From an archaeon (GTDB lineage: Archaea; Micrarchaeota; Micrarchaeia; Anstonellales; Bilamarchaeaceae), in NCBI GenBank assembly GCA_020053355.1, contig JAGVNI010000008.1, positions 77,195 through 141,194 of the forward strand: a DNA stretch of 64,000 nt, in the 5' to 3' direction. The notes beneath the pieces are model-generated. The model was not told where the DNA came from, did not search any database, and worked only from the letters and a program-made list of their open reading frames with translations. The translations under genes and the position numbers were made by a program. How positions within the stretch are numbered: the first letter of the stretch is position 1; each line of letters begins with the position of its first letter. Shown here piece after piece: positions 9,009 through 19,048 of the stretch.

Positions 9009-9932
9009 TTAGACGTAAGGAAGCGAATTCAAAACATCCATGATATCGCTGGTGTCCAGGCCGAACAGGCGCCGGTAAGTCGCGTCGTATTCGGCAATGG
9101 CTGCGAGCGCTATCCGCTCTATTGAAGATTGGGCTTTATCAGATAAACCGCCGCTTGGGGGCTCCGCGCTTTTAAAGAGCGCCAAGGTCCCATCTATTTC
9201 ACCCTCGGATAATCCGTATTTCGTCATTAAAACATATATAAACTTCCTGGATGCGCAAACATGGGAAATGGTTAGGGGAGTCAGGCTCTCTCCGGCAACC
9301 ATGAGGCCATAGTCCATACCGCCAAAAAGCCCCCTGGCATAGGCAAGGTATTCTGCCGTCGCGGTATCCAGCCAAGTCATCGGATAGCCTGCCAGGTGGA
9401 AAAGGCTGTAGTGGAAGGCATGCTCCAATTCATGATTAAGGACGCTCTCAAAGTTCGTAGCGCTCGTTTGGATGAACGCTTCGTGGATAAATATGTCGTA
9501 TGCGCCTTCAATTTCTCCTCCCACGGTTTGGGAATTGCGCAGGGTGGTCGCCTTCAGGTCCCCGAAATATATTACGGACCCGGTTTCCACCAGATAGCCG
9601 CCTCTTCCAGAGACCGCCTGTATGCCCTTGTCGGCATTTTCGATGTTGAACTGGACGACGTCCCGTACAGCGTTCCGCCGTTCTGCCTTGCCCATCCACT
9701 TGCCGCATGGGATGGACAGGCCGGGTTCCACAATTGGGGCCGGGAATCGCTTCATATTATAGGAAGGGCCGTCAAACACTGCCTTGCCAATCAGGCTTTT
9801 GATGAAAGGGATGCGGGTATTGAGGCCCTTGGCTGCATCCTGGGTGGCAGTGCGAACGGCAGTTTCGTGGAGCTTCCGTTTCCTGGCCGCCTGGCTGAAA
9901 CCAGAGATAAGATAAAGAGGAAGATGCGTCAT
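9009..9932 (-). CDS. putative zincin-like metallopeptidase (HEXXH), paralog of 9986-10975
   Basis: VLNHELEHAFH...TAEYLAY. Confidence 0.6.
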   Translation of the reverse strand: MTHLPLYLISGFSQAARKRKLHETAVRTATQDAAKGLNTRIPFIKSLIGKAVFDGPSYNMKRFPAPIVEPGLSIPCGKWMGKAERRNAVRDVVQFNIENADKGIQAVSGRGGYLVETGSVIYFGDLKATTLRNSQTVGGEIEGAYDIFIHEAFIQTSATNFESVLNHELEHAFHYSLFHLAGYPMTWLDTATAEYLAYARGLFGGMDYGLMVAGESLTPLTISHVCASRKFIYVLMTKYGLSEGEIDGTLALFKSAEPPSGGLSDKAQSSIERIALAAIAEYDATYRRLFGLDTSDIMDVLNSLPYV

Positions 9933-9985
9933 TGGAAAAATATTGTGTATAGAAAAGGTTAAAAGAGATATTAAAATCGGGGAAT

Positions 9986-10975
9986 TTACATGCTGAGCCG
10001 GGATACGACTTCCCGCAAATCGTCGATGGTCATGCCGAACATGCGGGTGTAGGTCTCATTGTATTCGCCGATTGCGGCATTGCGCATCCTGACGAATTGC
10101 TCGGCGCAGCGCGGCTGGATGTCGACATCAGATTGAATTCGATACTCATCCCGGAGGGTCCAGATTAGGGCTAACATCACGTCATCCTTATCCATATGGT
10201 ATCTGCCGAGGAGGCGCTGAAGGAAGAAGAAGGAGGCCGCATTATGGCTGTGGTCATAGGTTGGCTCAAACCCGAGGTTGAAATCCTGGGGGAAGAGCTG
10301 GCTTACGTATGGCAGGAACGACGATGCGTTGCCAAAATCCGCCAATTCCCTGAGCAACGAGAGGTATTCCGCCCGCGCCGTGCCTAACGCGACCGCGGGG
10401 AACCCTGCAAGGTGCCAGAGGCTAAAATGCTGGGCATGCTCCAGTTCATGATGCAGGATGTAGTCTTTGGAACTTTGGTCCCGGCGCAGGATGACGCCAT
10501 AGCATGAAGGATTGAATTCCCCTGCTTTGCCGGCTAGAAGGACGTCTTCCAATTGGCTGTCTAGGATTGTGGATAGCCGAAGGTCGCCCAGATGGACCGT
10601 GTCGCAAGGAGCGACTATGTAGCGGAATTCTCTCCGGGCAATGGTCTTCAGGGCCTGAACGCCGCCGATAGAGGCATTTGCGCCATTGAAGCGGGCGATA
10701 TCTTCGTAGAAATGCCACATGCGGAAGAGGACGAGAGGGCCGGCCTTCAGCGTGAAGGCATGGCCGGGAAGGGCTGTCTTATCGAGCCTGCGGGGCTCGG
10801 ACCATACCGATTCTCCGCTGGGCCCCTCAAGCTTGCAGAGGTGGCATTTGAGGAACGGGATGCGGGTGCTTAGCCCATTCATGGCGTTTTCGGCTGAACG
10901 CCGTTCCATCCGATCCTGGAGTTTCCGCTTTCTGGAAGTGGATGAAAAGCCGAGCGTATGATAGAGTGAAATCAA
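9986..10975 (-). CDS. putative zincin-like metallopeptidase (HEXXH), paralog of 9009-9932
   Basis: ILHHELEHAQH...RAEYLSL; TTG start. Confidence 0.6.
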   Translation of the reverse strand: MISLYHTLGFSSTSRKRKLQDRMERRSAENAMNGLSTRIPFLKCHLCKLEGPSGESVWSEPRRLDKTALPGHAFTLKAGPLVLFRMWHFYEDIARFNGANASIGGVQALKTIARREFRYIVAPCDTVHLGDLRLSTILDSQLEDVLLAGKAGEFNPSCYGVILRRDQSSKDYILHHELEHAQHFSLWHLAGFPAVALGTARAEYLSLLRELADFGNASSFLPYVSQLFPQDFNLGFEPTYDHSHNAASFFFLQRLLGRYHMDKDDVMLALIWTLRDEYRIQSDVDIQPRCAEQFVRMRNAAIGEYNETYTRMFGMTIDDLREVVSRLSM

Positions 10976-11051
10976 GAGTATCGGGACTAATGTGTTAAGT
11001 AAAGGTTAAAAAGGATAATAAAAATGAGAAATAGGGGAAAATATTATTTTA

Positions 11052-11477
11052 TTATTTCTTGGCCGCCGGAGGCTTGGCCGGGGCCGCGCCTTCCGCCTGC
11101 TTCGAGAGCTGGATTTTCGGCGGAATCAATGGGGCTGTGAGGCCAAGGACGCGCGCAAGGAGCGTGCCGTTCGCGCTGCCGCTGTAGTTGACCGCGCTTA
11201 AAACAATCGATGCGTACTCGTCCGGCACCTTCTTGCTCTTCTTCCAGGTGTCCGTGATATCCTTTGCCAGCTTCATCTCCTCTTTTGCGAGGAGAACGCC
11301 CTTGATTTTTATCTGTCCGACGTCTTCCTGGTAGTTCGCGGTGTAGACGTAGGTGATTTCCACGTTCTCATCGGCGAGCTTCACATCTTCGAGCGAGATA
11401 TTGATGTTCAGGCCCTTGATGCTGGTCTTCGGCACTTTGTTTCCGCTGACTTCGAGTATCCTTTCACCAACAATCAT
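11052..11477 (-). CDS. hypothetical protein divergent from orc1/cdc6
   Basis: 141-aa beta-rich ORF with a GGAGG Shine-Dalgarno. Function not recognisable. Confidence 0.75.
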   Translation of the reverse strand: MIVGERILEVSGNKVPKTSIKGLNINISLEDVKLADENVEITYVYTANYQEDVGQIKIKGVLLAKEEMKLAKDITDTWKKSKKVPDEYASIVLSAVNYSGSANGTLLARVLGLTAPLIPPKIQLSKQAEGAAPAKPPAAKK

Positions 11478-11545
11478 TCAATTCGCCTCCATGATAAGTC
11501 GATAGAACCCTATCTGCAGGAAAAAATATTAAAACCTGTGCGAAA

Positions 11546-11585
11546 CCGATTAGTGGAAGTAAGTAACGGCCGATTAGTGGAAGTA
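11546..11585. repeat. 16-bp perfect direct repeat CCGATTAGTGGAAGTA x2 (ORB-like; candidate origin or Orc1 operator)
   Basis: Copies at 11546-11561 and 11570-11585, immediately upstream of orc1/cdc6. The AGTGGAA core resembles archaeal ORB boxes. Confidence 0.7.
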
Positions 11586-11618
11586 TGGTATAAAAATGTT
11601 TCCTGAGTAAGGGTTCGC

Positions 11619-12809
11619 ATGGCTTCTTTTGATAAAATACTTTCAGAGAAATCCATCTTCAAGGACCTCTCGGTCCTCTCGCCCCACTATGTGCCGAAAG
11701 AGCTCCCGTACCGGAACCAGCAGATGCACGAAATCCGCACCGTGCTCTCCCCGGCGCTGAAGGGGCAGAAGCCGCGCAACCTGATTATCTACGGGAAGAC
11801 CGGAACCGGCAAGACCTGCACCACGAAAAAGGTCATGGATGAGTTCATCGAGGCCAAATCCTTGGGCAAGACGAGCATGCATTATGTGAATTGCAGGATA
11901 TACAATTCGCGCTACCGCATACTCCAGAGGTTACTCAAGGGATACATCCCGGAACTCGAGAAGTCCGGCTTCGGGCTCCCGTTCCTTTACGAGAAACTGG
12001 TCGAGATAGCATCCGGGGGAGAGCAGCTGGTGGTAATCCTCGATGAGATAGACATGGTAAAAGACCTGGACGAGCTGGTTTACACGCTCACGCGCTCGAA
12101 TGATGAAATCAAGAAGGGCGGGGTGAGCATCATCGGCATCTCCAACCGCTTGTCATTCAAGGATTCCCTGGATGCCCGGAGCAAGAGCAGCCTGTATGAG
12201 ACCGAGATGATTTTCGAGCCGTACACCGCAGAGCAGCTGCAGAAGATACTCGAGCAGAGGGTGAAGGAGGGGTTCGGGGACGGGGTCGTGGAGAGCGGGG
12301 CGATAAACCTGGCTTCCGCAATCACATCCCAGGAAAGCGGCGATGCCAGGTATGCCCTGAAACTCCTCAACAAGGCCGGTGAGATGGCCCAGCAGGTCGG
12401 CAAGGAGAAGGTCACCGATGACGATGTCGAAAACGCCAGGAAAAAAGTCGAGTTGGACCTGACCCTCGAAACGATTAACACGCTCCCCGAGATGCACCAG
12501 CTGGTGCTGTATGCGATTGCGACCCTGACCAGGAGTGGGAGCAGATATTCACGCCTCGAAGGGGTGGACACGGGATTCCTTTTCTCGGGCGAGGTCTATG
12601 AGGAGTATGAAAGGGCATGCAAAACCGCAAGGAAAAGGCCGCGAAGCTCCCGCTGGTACAAGGAATACCTCAACGACCTGGAGACGCTCGGCATGATTGT
12701 CGCGACGCCGAGCGGGAAGGGAATCAGGGGACAGACAACGCTAATCAAGCTCGGCCCGAATCCTGAGAGCGTCATGACAATCCTGAAAAAGAACCTATTC
12801 GGCAGCTGA
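11619..12809 (+). CDS. cdc6: Orc1/Cdc6 replication initiator
   Basis: LSPHYVPKELPYR, YGKTGTGKT, YVNC, VILDEID, SGDARYAL, C-terminal winged helix. Confidence 0.96.
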   Translation: MASFDKILSEKSIFKDLSVLSPHYVPKELPYRNQQMHEIRTVLSPALKGQKPRNLIIYGKTGTGKTCTTKKVMDEFIEAKSLGKTSMHYVNCRIYNSRYRILQRLLKGYIPELEKSGFGLPFLYEKLVEIASGGEQLVVILDEIDMVKDLDELVYTLTRSNDEIKKGGVSIIGISNRLSFKDSLDARSKSSLYETEMIFEPYTAEQLQKILEQRVKEGFGDGVVESGAINLASAITSQESGDARYALKLLNKAGEMAQQVGKEKVTDDDVENARKKVELDLTLETINTLPEMHQLVLYAIATLTRSGSRYSRLEGVDTGFLFSGEVYEEYERACKTARKRPRSSRWYKEYLNDLETLGMIVATPSGKGIRGQTTLIKLGPNPESVMTILKKNLFGS

Positions 12810-12860
12810 TTATGGCCGGGCATTCGGAGAGGCTGTGCCGAACCCGGCACTCATTTTGCG

Positions 12861-13343
12861 CTATCCGGCTTCTTTCAATTCGTCCACGACCCGTATCATG
12901 TTTATCTTGCCGTATTTTTCAACATGGATGATGCCCCGCTCTTCAAGCTTCTTGACGACTCGGTGCGCTTTCAGCCTCGACATGCCGGGAAGCCGGGCTA
13001 TCTCGCTTTGCGTGGTCATCCCCCCCTTCTCAAGAAGGAGGAGCACGACGTCCCGGTCCTCAGGGCTGAGAAACTTCATGATGATGCCCATGTTGGTTTT
13101 AACGGCCTGTTTCTGCTTCTCTATCGTCGCGTTCAGCAGGCTGTAGACAATCAGGCCGGAGAGGACGCCGAAAAATCCCATCACCACCATGAAATGGGCA
13201 TGGTATACCATGAAAGGTCGCAGGAGCTCCGGCACCTCCATCCCTTGGGATGAGATGGCGTAAACGAAGACGAGAACGGTTATCAGGAATATGAAAACCG
13301 AGATTATGACCAGCCCGAGGACTATCTCCTTGCGTTTATCCAT
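12861..13343 (-). CDS. membrane-anchored winged-helix transcriptional regulator
   Basis: Two TM segments then GGMTTQSEIARLPGMSRLKAHRVVKKLEERGII; divergent from the copper operon. Start placed at MDKRK. Confidence 0.85.
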   Translation of the reverse strand: MDKRKEIVLGLVIISVFIFLITVLVFVYAISSQGMEVPELLRPFMVYHAHFMVVMGFFGVLSGLIVYSLLNATIEKQKQAVKTNMGIIMKFLSPEDRDVVLLLLEKGGMTTQSEIARLPGMSRLKAHRVVKKLEERGIIHVEKYGKINMIRVVDELKEAG

Positions 13344-13437
13344 GACGTAAAATCTGGTTGTTTCATGATTTAATATATATTGTTTCAGCGGAATGAAACA
13401 GTGCAGCAGGCACAGGTTGCCGCTGGCCGGTGATTGC

Positions 13438-13872
13438 TTGGAAGGGATAACGATACATAAGACAACAACGCTCGCGCTTGTCGGGCTTGTCATAGCCATA
13501 TTGTTTGGCGCGTATGTGGTGTTCAGCGCCTCGCAGCAGGATGTTCCGGCAAGACCTGCCGGCACCGATAACTTGGGAAGCCAGAACGGAGAGGCAGGGG
13601 CTGCCCAGGACATATACGTCAGGGCTCTTCGCAGTGGGGCATATGACTTGCAGGAGATAACGGTCAACGCTGGCGTTCCGGTTCGGCTCCATTTCACCGC
13701 GGACCCGGATGCCGGATGCGGAAGGCAGCTCGTGATTTACGGGCTGGGCGTGAAGGCCCTCTCAAAAAGCGGCGAAGAGGATGTCGTGGAATTCACGCCA
13801 TCAGAAGAAGGCACATACGAGTATAATTGCGGTATGAGGATGTGGCAGCCAGGGCGACTGGTTGTGCGGTGA
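13438..13872 (+). CDS. membrane-anchored cupredoxin-domain protein
   Basis: N-terminal TM, then GCGRQL...GTYEYNCGMRM (CupA-like). TTG start after GGTGA chosen; the ORF track starts at 13393. Confidence 0.85.
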   Translation: MEGITIHKTTTLALVGLVIAILFGAYVVFSASQQDVPARPAGTDNLGSQNGEAGAAQDIYVRALRSGAYDLQEITVNAGVPVRLHFTADPDAGCGRQLVIYGLGVKALSKSGEEDVVEFTPSEEGTYEYNCGMRMWQPGRLVVR

Positions 13873-13915
13873 AACGGCCTAGAAGGCCGCAGGAAACGAT
13901 TGGAAGGTGACTGTT

Positions 13916-14497
13916 TTGGCAAATGGCATCCAGATTCAAAAAACAACGATATTGCTTGCATTTGGGCTCCTTGTCGCGATAGTGGCAGGGGCGTATGTAT
14001 TCGGTTCGGCCGCATCATCAATCCCCCAATCCGCAAAGGCCAACGGCTCAGGGCAGGGCGGGATTCTGAATGCAGTCCAGGAGCCCCTTGCATTCGCCGC
14101 CGCACAGGTAGCAGCTCCGCGAACAGGCGGTTGTGGATGCGGTATCGGAGGCGGGGCAAATACCGTGACACCCGACCCGTCCAAGGCAGTCCTGCTTAAC
14201 TCCACAAACGCATCAGGGGGGAAGGATGCCCAGGACATATTCATCAAAGCGAAGAACGACGGCACTTATGACAAGGCCGAAGTGACGGTCAAGGCCGGCT
14301 CGCCAGTGAGGCTGCATTTCACCGCAGACACGGATGCAGGATGCGGAAGACAGATGGTCATATACGGCCTTAACATCCGGGCGGTTTCCACAAACGGCGA
14401 AGAGGATGTCGTGGATTTCATTCCCCAGCAGGCAGGGACGTATGAATACAACTGCGGCATGAGGATGTGGCGGGCTGGAAGGCTGGTGGTAGTCTGA
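13916..14497 (+). CDS. membrane-anchored cupredoxin-domain protein (paralog) with GGCGCG linker
   Basis: TM, GGCGCGIGGG, GCGRQM...GTYEYNCGMRM. TTG start after GGTGA chosen (alternative GTG 13907). Confidence 0.85.
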   Translation: MANGIQIQKTTILLAFGLLVAIVAGAYVFGSAASSIPQSAKANGSGQGGILNAVQEPLAFAAAQVAAPRTGGCGCGIGGGANTVTPDPSKAVLLNSTNASGGKDAQDIFIKAKNDGTYDKAEVTVKAGSPVRLHFTADTDAGCGRQMVIYGLNIRAVSTNGEEDVVDFIPQQAGTYEYNCGMRMWRAGRLVVV

Positions 14498-14970
14498 ATG
14501 GGATAAGCGGGCTCTTCCGGATTCTCGGGCAGCCGAAGTACCTAGCTGCGGGGTTAGTGTCTGCAGTGCTTTTTTTCGCCCTGATGGCATTCACATCGAA
14601 CATGATAGTGTGGGGATATTGGGAGGTGAATCCGTTCGTGGAACCTGCGCACATCGCCTTGAACGTGCTTATAGCCGCACTTTTCGGCGCGAACGCCGGT
14701 GTCCTGCTCCACAACAACGATAAAAGGAACGCGGCGGCCGCTGGGACCCAGATGACGGCACTCGGAGCCCTGGCTGCGCTCATGACCAGTTCATGCCCGC
14801 TGTGCCAGCCGTTCTATATGCTGGCCTTCGGGCTGGGGGGGATAGGTTCGCTGTTTGCGGGCCTGAGCGTCCTGATTGCTGTTTTCAGCATCGCCCTTCT
14901 GGTAATTTCGCTGAAAAGGGGGCTGGATGCGGCGGACGGGACATGCAGAATGGGACCACGGAGGAGATGA
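14467..14970 (+). CDS. membrane protein with intramembrane CPLC motif (putative metal binding)
   Basis: About four TM segments, SSCPLC. Start uncertain (possibly CTG at 14494). Confidence 0.75.
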   Translation: MAGWKAGGSLNGISGLFRILGQPKYLAAGLVSAVLFFALMAFTSNMIVWGYWEVNPFVEPAHIALNVLIAALFGANAGVLLHNNDKRNAAAAGTQMTALGALAALMTSSCPLCQPFYMLAFGLGGIGSLFAGLSVLIAVFSIALLVISLKRGLDAADGTCRMGPRRR

Positions 14971-14972
14971 TT

Positions 14973-15176
14973 ATGGAAAAAACGATAAAGGTCGAAGGGA
15001 TGCACTGCAAATCATGCGAGATGCTCATATCAGACGTGATTTCAGAAATCATCGGCGTGCAGAAAGTGAGCGCGGATTCCAGGAAAGGCACGGTGACGAT
15101 AACCGCAACCGGCCAGAACGCAATCGACGATGCCAGGAAACTCATCGTGAAGGAAGGGTACAAGGTGGTGGGCTGA
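14973..15176 (+). CDS. copZ: copper chaperone (HMA domain)
   Basis: KTIKVEGMHCKSCEMLI...GYKV, after a GGAGGAG Shine-Dalgarno. Confidence 0.9.
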   Translation: MEKTIKVEGMHCKSCEMLISDVISEIIGVQKVSADSRKGTVTITATGQNAIDDARKLIVKEGYKVVG

Positions 15177-16156
15177 TGGCGGAGGAGCAGGACGCCCGGG
15201 AATCCGCGGCTGGGAGGAAGGATGGCAGGACGCTATACAGGCTGGCCCTCAGCGGCATGACGTGCGGGGCTTGCGAGAAGGTGATTGAAAGGGCCGTCAC
15301 GGAAATGGGTGCCGGGGTGGAGGAGATTGATGCGGCTCGCGGACTGGTCGACATCCGGTGTCCGCCAGAAAGGATTGGGCCGATAAAGGAGCGGCTCGCC
15401 CGGGGGGGCTTCCGGGAGAGGCTGGAGGACGGTTCCGAAGGGCGGGGGGATTGGAAGGGGATCCTCTCGTACGTCAAATCAGTGGTCGCAGGGGAACCGC
15501 ATACCAGGGTGGAGAACAAGCTCTTGAATTATGCAATCGGCACGACGGCAATCCTTGGGATGGCGGGAGCGTTGTCGTATGGTGTATTCCTGAGCGCATT
15601 CGAGGACCAGGTTTTGGCGGCCTCGCTGCTCATCTTAGTGATAGTCTCTTCGGTCATGTCCACGTATTCTATCTTCCACATGGAGGCTTACCGGAAGGGG
15701 ATGACCTGCTCAAACGGCATGATGGTCGGCATGACGACGGGCATGGCGAGCGGATACATTATCGGCGCCATCCTCGGCGCGACCAACGGGATGTTCATCG
15801 GTTCGGTAGCCGGAACGGCCGCAGGGATTGCGATAGGGTTCAGCCTCGGAAAATCCAGCGGAATCATGGGGGCCATGGAGGGAATCATGGCGGGCCTGAT
15901 GGCCGGGACCATGGGGGCCATGACGTCGGTCATGATGCTAAACGACAACCTGCTTGCGTTCCTATACATCCTGAACGGCATATGCCTCGTGATGGTCGGG
16001 GGGTTGAGCTACATGATGTTCCGCGAGGCTGGCCCGGCCCCTTCCGCAGCAAAAGGCGCGGGATTCGCGAGGTTCGCGGGGCTCTCTGCGGCGCTTTGCG
16101 CGATTCTGGTTGCCATCATGCTCTATGGGCCAAGGTCCCTGATAACAATAGGATAA
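15176..16156 (+). CDS. HMA domain fused to a Met/Gly-rich multi-pass membrane domain
   Basis: LSGMTCGAC, then TM region with GMMVGMTTGM and GIMGAMEGIMAGLMAGTMGAM. TGATG stop/start overlap with copZ. Confidence 0.85.
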   Translation: MAEEQDARESAAGRKDGRTLYRLALSGMTCGACEKVIERAVTEMGAGVEEIDAARGLVDIRCPPERIGPIKERLARGGFRERLEDGSEGRGDWKGILSYVKSVVAGEPHTRVENKLLNYAIGTTAILGMAGALSYGVFLSAFEDQVLAASLLILVIVSSVMSTYSIFHMEAYRKGMTCSNGMMVGMTTGMASGYIIGAILGATNGMFIGSVAGTAAGIAIGFSLGKSSGIMGAMEGIMAGLMAGTMGAMTSVMMLNDNLLAFLYILNGICLVMVGGLSYMMFREAGPAPSAAKGAGFARFAGLSAALCAILVAIMLYGPRSLITIG

Positions 16157-16225
16157 TTGCCGGTATCCGGTATAGATGATTATAAGGTGTAAAGAAGCAG
16201 GATAACTGCCCAGGAAGGTGATTCC

Positions 16226-18727
16226 ATTAGAAAGATAACGATTCCGATAAGCGGGATGGATTGCGCATCCTGCGCGATGAACATAGAACGCAGGCTCAGG
16301 AAGCTTGAAGGCGTGAAGATTGCCAATGTGAATTACGCGAGCGGAAAGGCAAGCGTCGAATACGAGGAGGAGAAGGTCCTTCCTGAGAATTTCAGGCAGA
16401 CAATCGAAGGCCTTGGCTACGGGGCCCGGATGCCGGAGGGCGCAGGAAGCGGCAGGAAAGGAAAGGACAGGATGTTCCTGCACATAATCGGCATGGATTC
16501 CATGCACTGCGCGATGATTGTCGAGAAGGCGCTCAATAAGATTACAGGTGTGGACAAGGTCGAATTGAATTTCAGCCTCGAGAAAGCCGTCATCGCTTAC
16601 GATTTGGGGAAGACGAATTTCGCGAAAATCCGGAAAGCGTTAGCGGATGCGGGATACGATGCCGAGATTCTTGACGCTGAAGACGAAGTCGACAAGGAGA
16701 AGCTGGCGCGGGATAAGGAAATCGCAGGGCTGAAAGCCAGGGTCATCGCGTCTGCAATCGGGACTGTGCCGGTCCTGGTTCTCGCGCTTCCGGAGATGCT
16801 GGATGGGCTCATTCCAATAGAGTATCCGGGATTCATCATGGATTACCTGGCGGCAATCCAGTTCATGCTCACGCTCATGGTGCTCCAGGTGAACTGGGAG
16901 ATTTTTTCCCGGGGATTTCGCGGGCTGATTAACCGCTCGCCGGGGATGGACAGCTTGGTGGCACTTGGCGTAGGCACCGCCTTTATATACAGCACATTGG
17001 TCGGCATCAGCGTCATCGAGGGCGGGATGTATTTCGAGACCGCAGCCCTGCTCCTGACATTCATAGTGGCCGGGAAGTACCTGGAAGCGGTCGCCAAGGG
17101 CAAGACAAGCGAGGCAATCAAGAGGCTTATCGGCCTCCAGCCCAAGACCGCCCTAATCGTACGGGATGGGGAGGAGGTTGAGATTCCAATTCGGGATGTC
17201 GTTGCCGGAGACATCGTCATCGTCAAACCAGGGGGGAAAATCCCGGTGGACGGAACAGTGCAAGAAGGCGCCAGCAGCGTCGACGAGAGCATGATAACCG
17301 GCGAAAGCCTGCCCGCGCACAAGAAGATTGGGGATATCGTTATAGGCGCGACAATCAACAAGACCGGCTCGTTCCGGTTCAGGGCGACGAAAGTGGGAAG
17401 CGACACAATGCTCGCGCAGATTATCCGGCTCGTCGAGGATGCGCAGGGCAGCAAGGCGCCCATCCAGAAACTGGCCGATATCGTGGCAGGTTATTTCGTC
17501 GAGGGCGTCATCGTTCTCGCACTTATTGCGTTCGGATACTGGTATTTCATTGCCGGCTCGTCGTTCATTTTCGCCCTGACGATACTCATTTCAACCCTGA
17601 TAATCGCCTGCCCCTGCGCCATGGGGCTTGCCACGCCGACTGCAGTCATGCTGGGGACCGGGAAGGGCGCCGAAAACGGAGTCCTGTTCAAGAATGCCGA
17701 AAGCCTCGAGCTCCTCGAGAAGGCGACCATGGTCGTCTTCGACAAGACAGGAACCATCACGAAGGGCGAGCCTGCCGTGACTGACATGGAGCCGTTCGGG
17801 ATGAAGGAAAACGAGCTTCTCCTGATAGCCGCCTGCGCGGAAAGCGGCTCCGAGCACTTCCTTGGCCAGGCCATCGTGAAGAAGGCAAAGGAAAAGAAGC
17901 TGAAGATGGCCAAGCCGGACGGTTTCGAGGCGGTTGCCGGCCACGGGATAAAGGCGTCATTCGGGTCCAAGCGGGTGCTTGTAGGGAACCTGCTCCTTAT
18001 GGAGAAAAACGGGATAGCGGTAGGCGAGGACATCATCCGGAAGATGCATAAACTGGAACTCGAAGCGAAGACGGTCGTGATTGTGGCCGCCGGCAACCGG
18101 ATTGCGGGCCTGATTGCCATCGCGGACACCCTGAAGGAGCATTCATACGAGGCAATCGCCGCCCTGAAAAGCCTGGGCTACGAGACGGCGATGATCACCG
18201 GGGACAACGAACGCACGGCGATGGCGGTGGCAAAGCAGGCCGGAATCAGCCGCGTGTTAGCCCATGTGCTTCCAGAGGACAAGGCCGGCGAGGTGAAGCT
18301 GCTCCAGGACAACAAGGAGAAGGTCGTTTTCGTCGGGGACGGCATCAACGACGCACCCGCGCTCGCCCAGGCCGATATCGGCATAGCAATAGGCTCCGGG
18401 ACCGACGTCGCGATAGAAAGCGGCGGCGTCGTCCTTGTGAAAAGCGACCTGCGCGACATCGTCAGCGCGATAGAGCTCAGTAGGTACACGATGAAGAAGA
18501 TAAAGCAGAACCTGTTCTGGGCATTCGCATACAATGCCATCGGCATACCTGTTGCGATGGGCGTCCTGTTCCCGTTTTCGGGCTTCCTCTTGAGCCCGGT
18601 GATTGCGGGCGCGGCCATGGCGTTCAGCTCGATTAGCGTGGTCTCGAACAGCCTGCTGATGAGGGGCTGGAAGCCGATGGGGATGAGGTCAGTTTCCCTT
18701 AAGCCGGACAAAGCAGTACATGCATGA
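16226..18727 (+). CDS. copA: P1B-1 copper-exporting P-type ATPase
   Basis: [49 protein letters not shown]. Start tentatively ATT at 16226; the first ATG at 16256 lies inside the HMA motif. Confidence 0.95.
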   Translation: MRKITIPISGMDCASCAMNIERRLRKLEGVKIANVNYASGKASVEYEEEKVLPENFRQTIEGLGYGARMPEGAGSGRKGKDRMFLHIIGMDSMHCAMIVEKALNKITGVDKVELNFSLEKAVIAYDLGKTNFAKIRKALADAGYDAEILDAEDEVDKEKLARDKEIAGLKARVIASAIGTVPVLVLALPEMLDGLIPIEYPGFIMDYLAAIQFMLTLMVLQVNWEIFSRGFRGLINRSPGMDSLVALGVGTAFIYSTLVGISVIEGGMYFETAALLLTFIVAGKYLEAVAKGKTSEAIKRLIGLQPKTALIVRDGEEVEIPIRDVVAGDIVIVKPGGKIPVDGTVQEGASSVDESMITGESLPAHKKIGDIVIGATINKTGSFRFRATKVGSDTMLAQIIRLVEDAQGSKAPIQKLADIVAGYFVEGVIVLALIAFGYWYFIAGSSFIFALTILISTLIIACPCAMGLATPTAVMLGTGKGAENGVLFKNAESLELLEKATMVVFDKTGTITKGEPAVTDMEPFGMKENELLLIAACAESGSEHFLGQAIVKKAKEKKLKMAKPDGFEAVAGHGIKASFGSKRVLVGNLLLMEKNGIAVGEDIIRKMHKLELEAKTVVIVAAGNRIAGLIAIADTLKEHSYEAIAALKSLGYETAMITGDNERTAMAVAKQAGISRVLAHVLPEDKAGEVKLLQDNKEKVVFVGDGINDAPALAQADIGIAIGSGTDVAIESGGVVLVKSDLRDIVSAIELSRYTMKKIKQNLFWAFAYNAIGIPVAMGVLFPFSGFLLSPVIAGAAMAFSSISVVSNSLLMRGWKPMGMRSVSLKPDKAVHA

Positions 18728-19036
18728 GAAGAGGACGGATGCGGAGAAAGAGGCGAATGCGACAGGACGAAGCTCGGGGAACCAGACCAGCGTAAGGGAC
18801 AGGATGAATCCCGCCAGGGCGAATTTCGAGAAAACGGACTGCAGGCTTAACGCGTCCTCGAATGGGTCACGGGGAGGGGCTTCCCTCTGGTCTTTCATCC
18901 GCTCATATAAGCTGGCGCCTTTTGCCCCGGGCGGGCCGGAATAATTGCACGAGGGGCATTTCAACGTCATCGAGTGGATGTAGAAGTTGCCGGAATCGAC
19001 CGGCTTTCCACAGCGCGGGCATTTTGGAAGGTCCAT
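18689..19036 (-). CDS. zinc-ribbon protein with two C-terminal TM segments
   Basis: CPRC...CPSCNYSGP then two hydrophobic helices; ATG after GAGGGAG. Convergent overlap with the copA 3' end. Confidence 0.75.
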   Translation of the reverse strand: MDLPKCPRCGKPVDSGNFYIHSMTLKCPSCNYSGPPGAKGASLYERMKDQREAPPRDPFEDALSLQSVFSKFALAGFILSLTLVWFPELRPVAFASFSASVLFSCMYCFVRLKGN

Positions 19037-19048
19037 CCGCTCCCTCAA

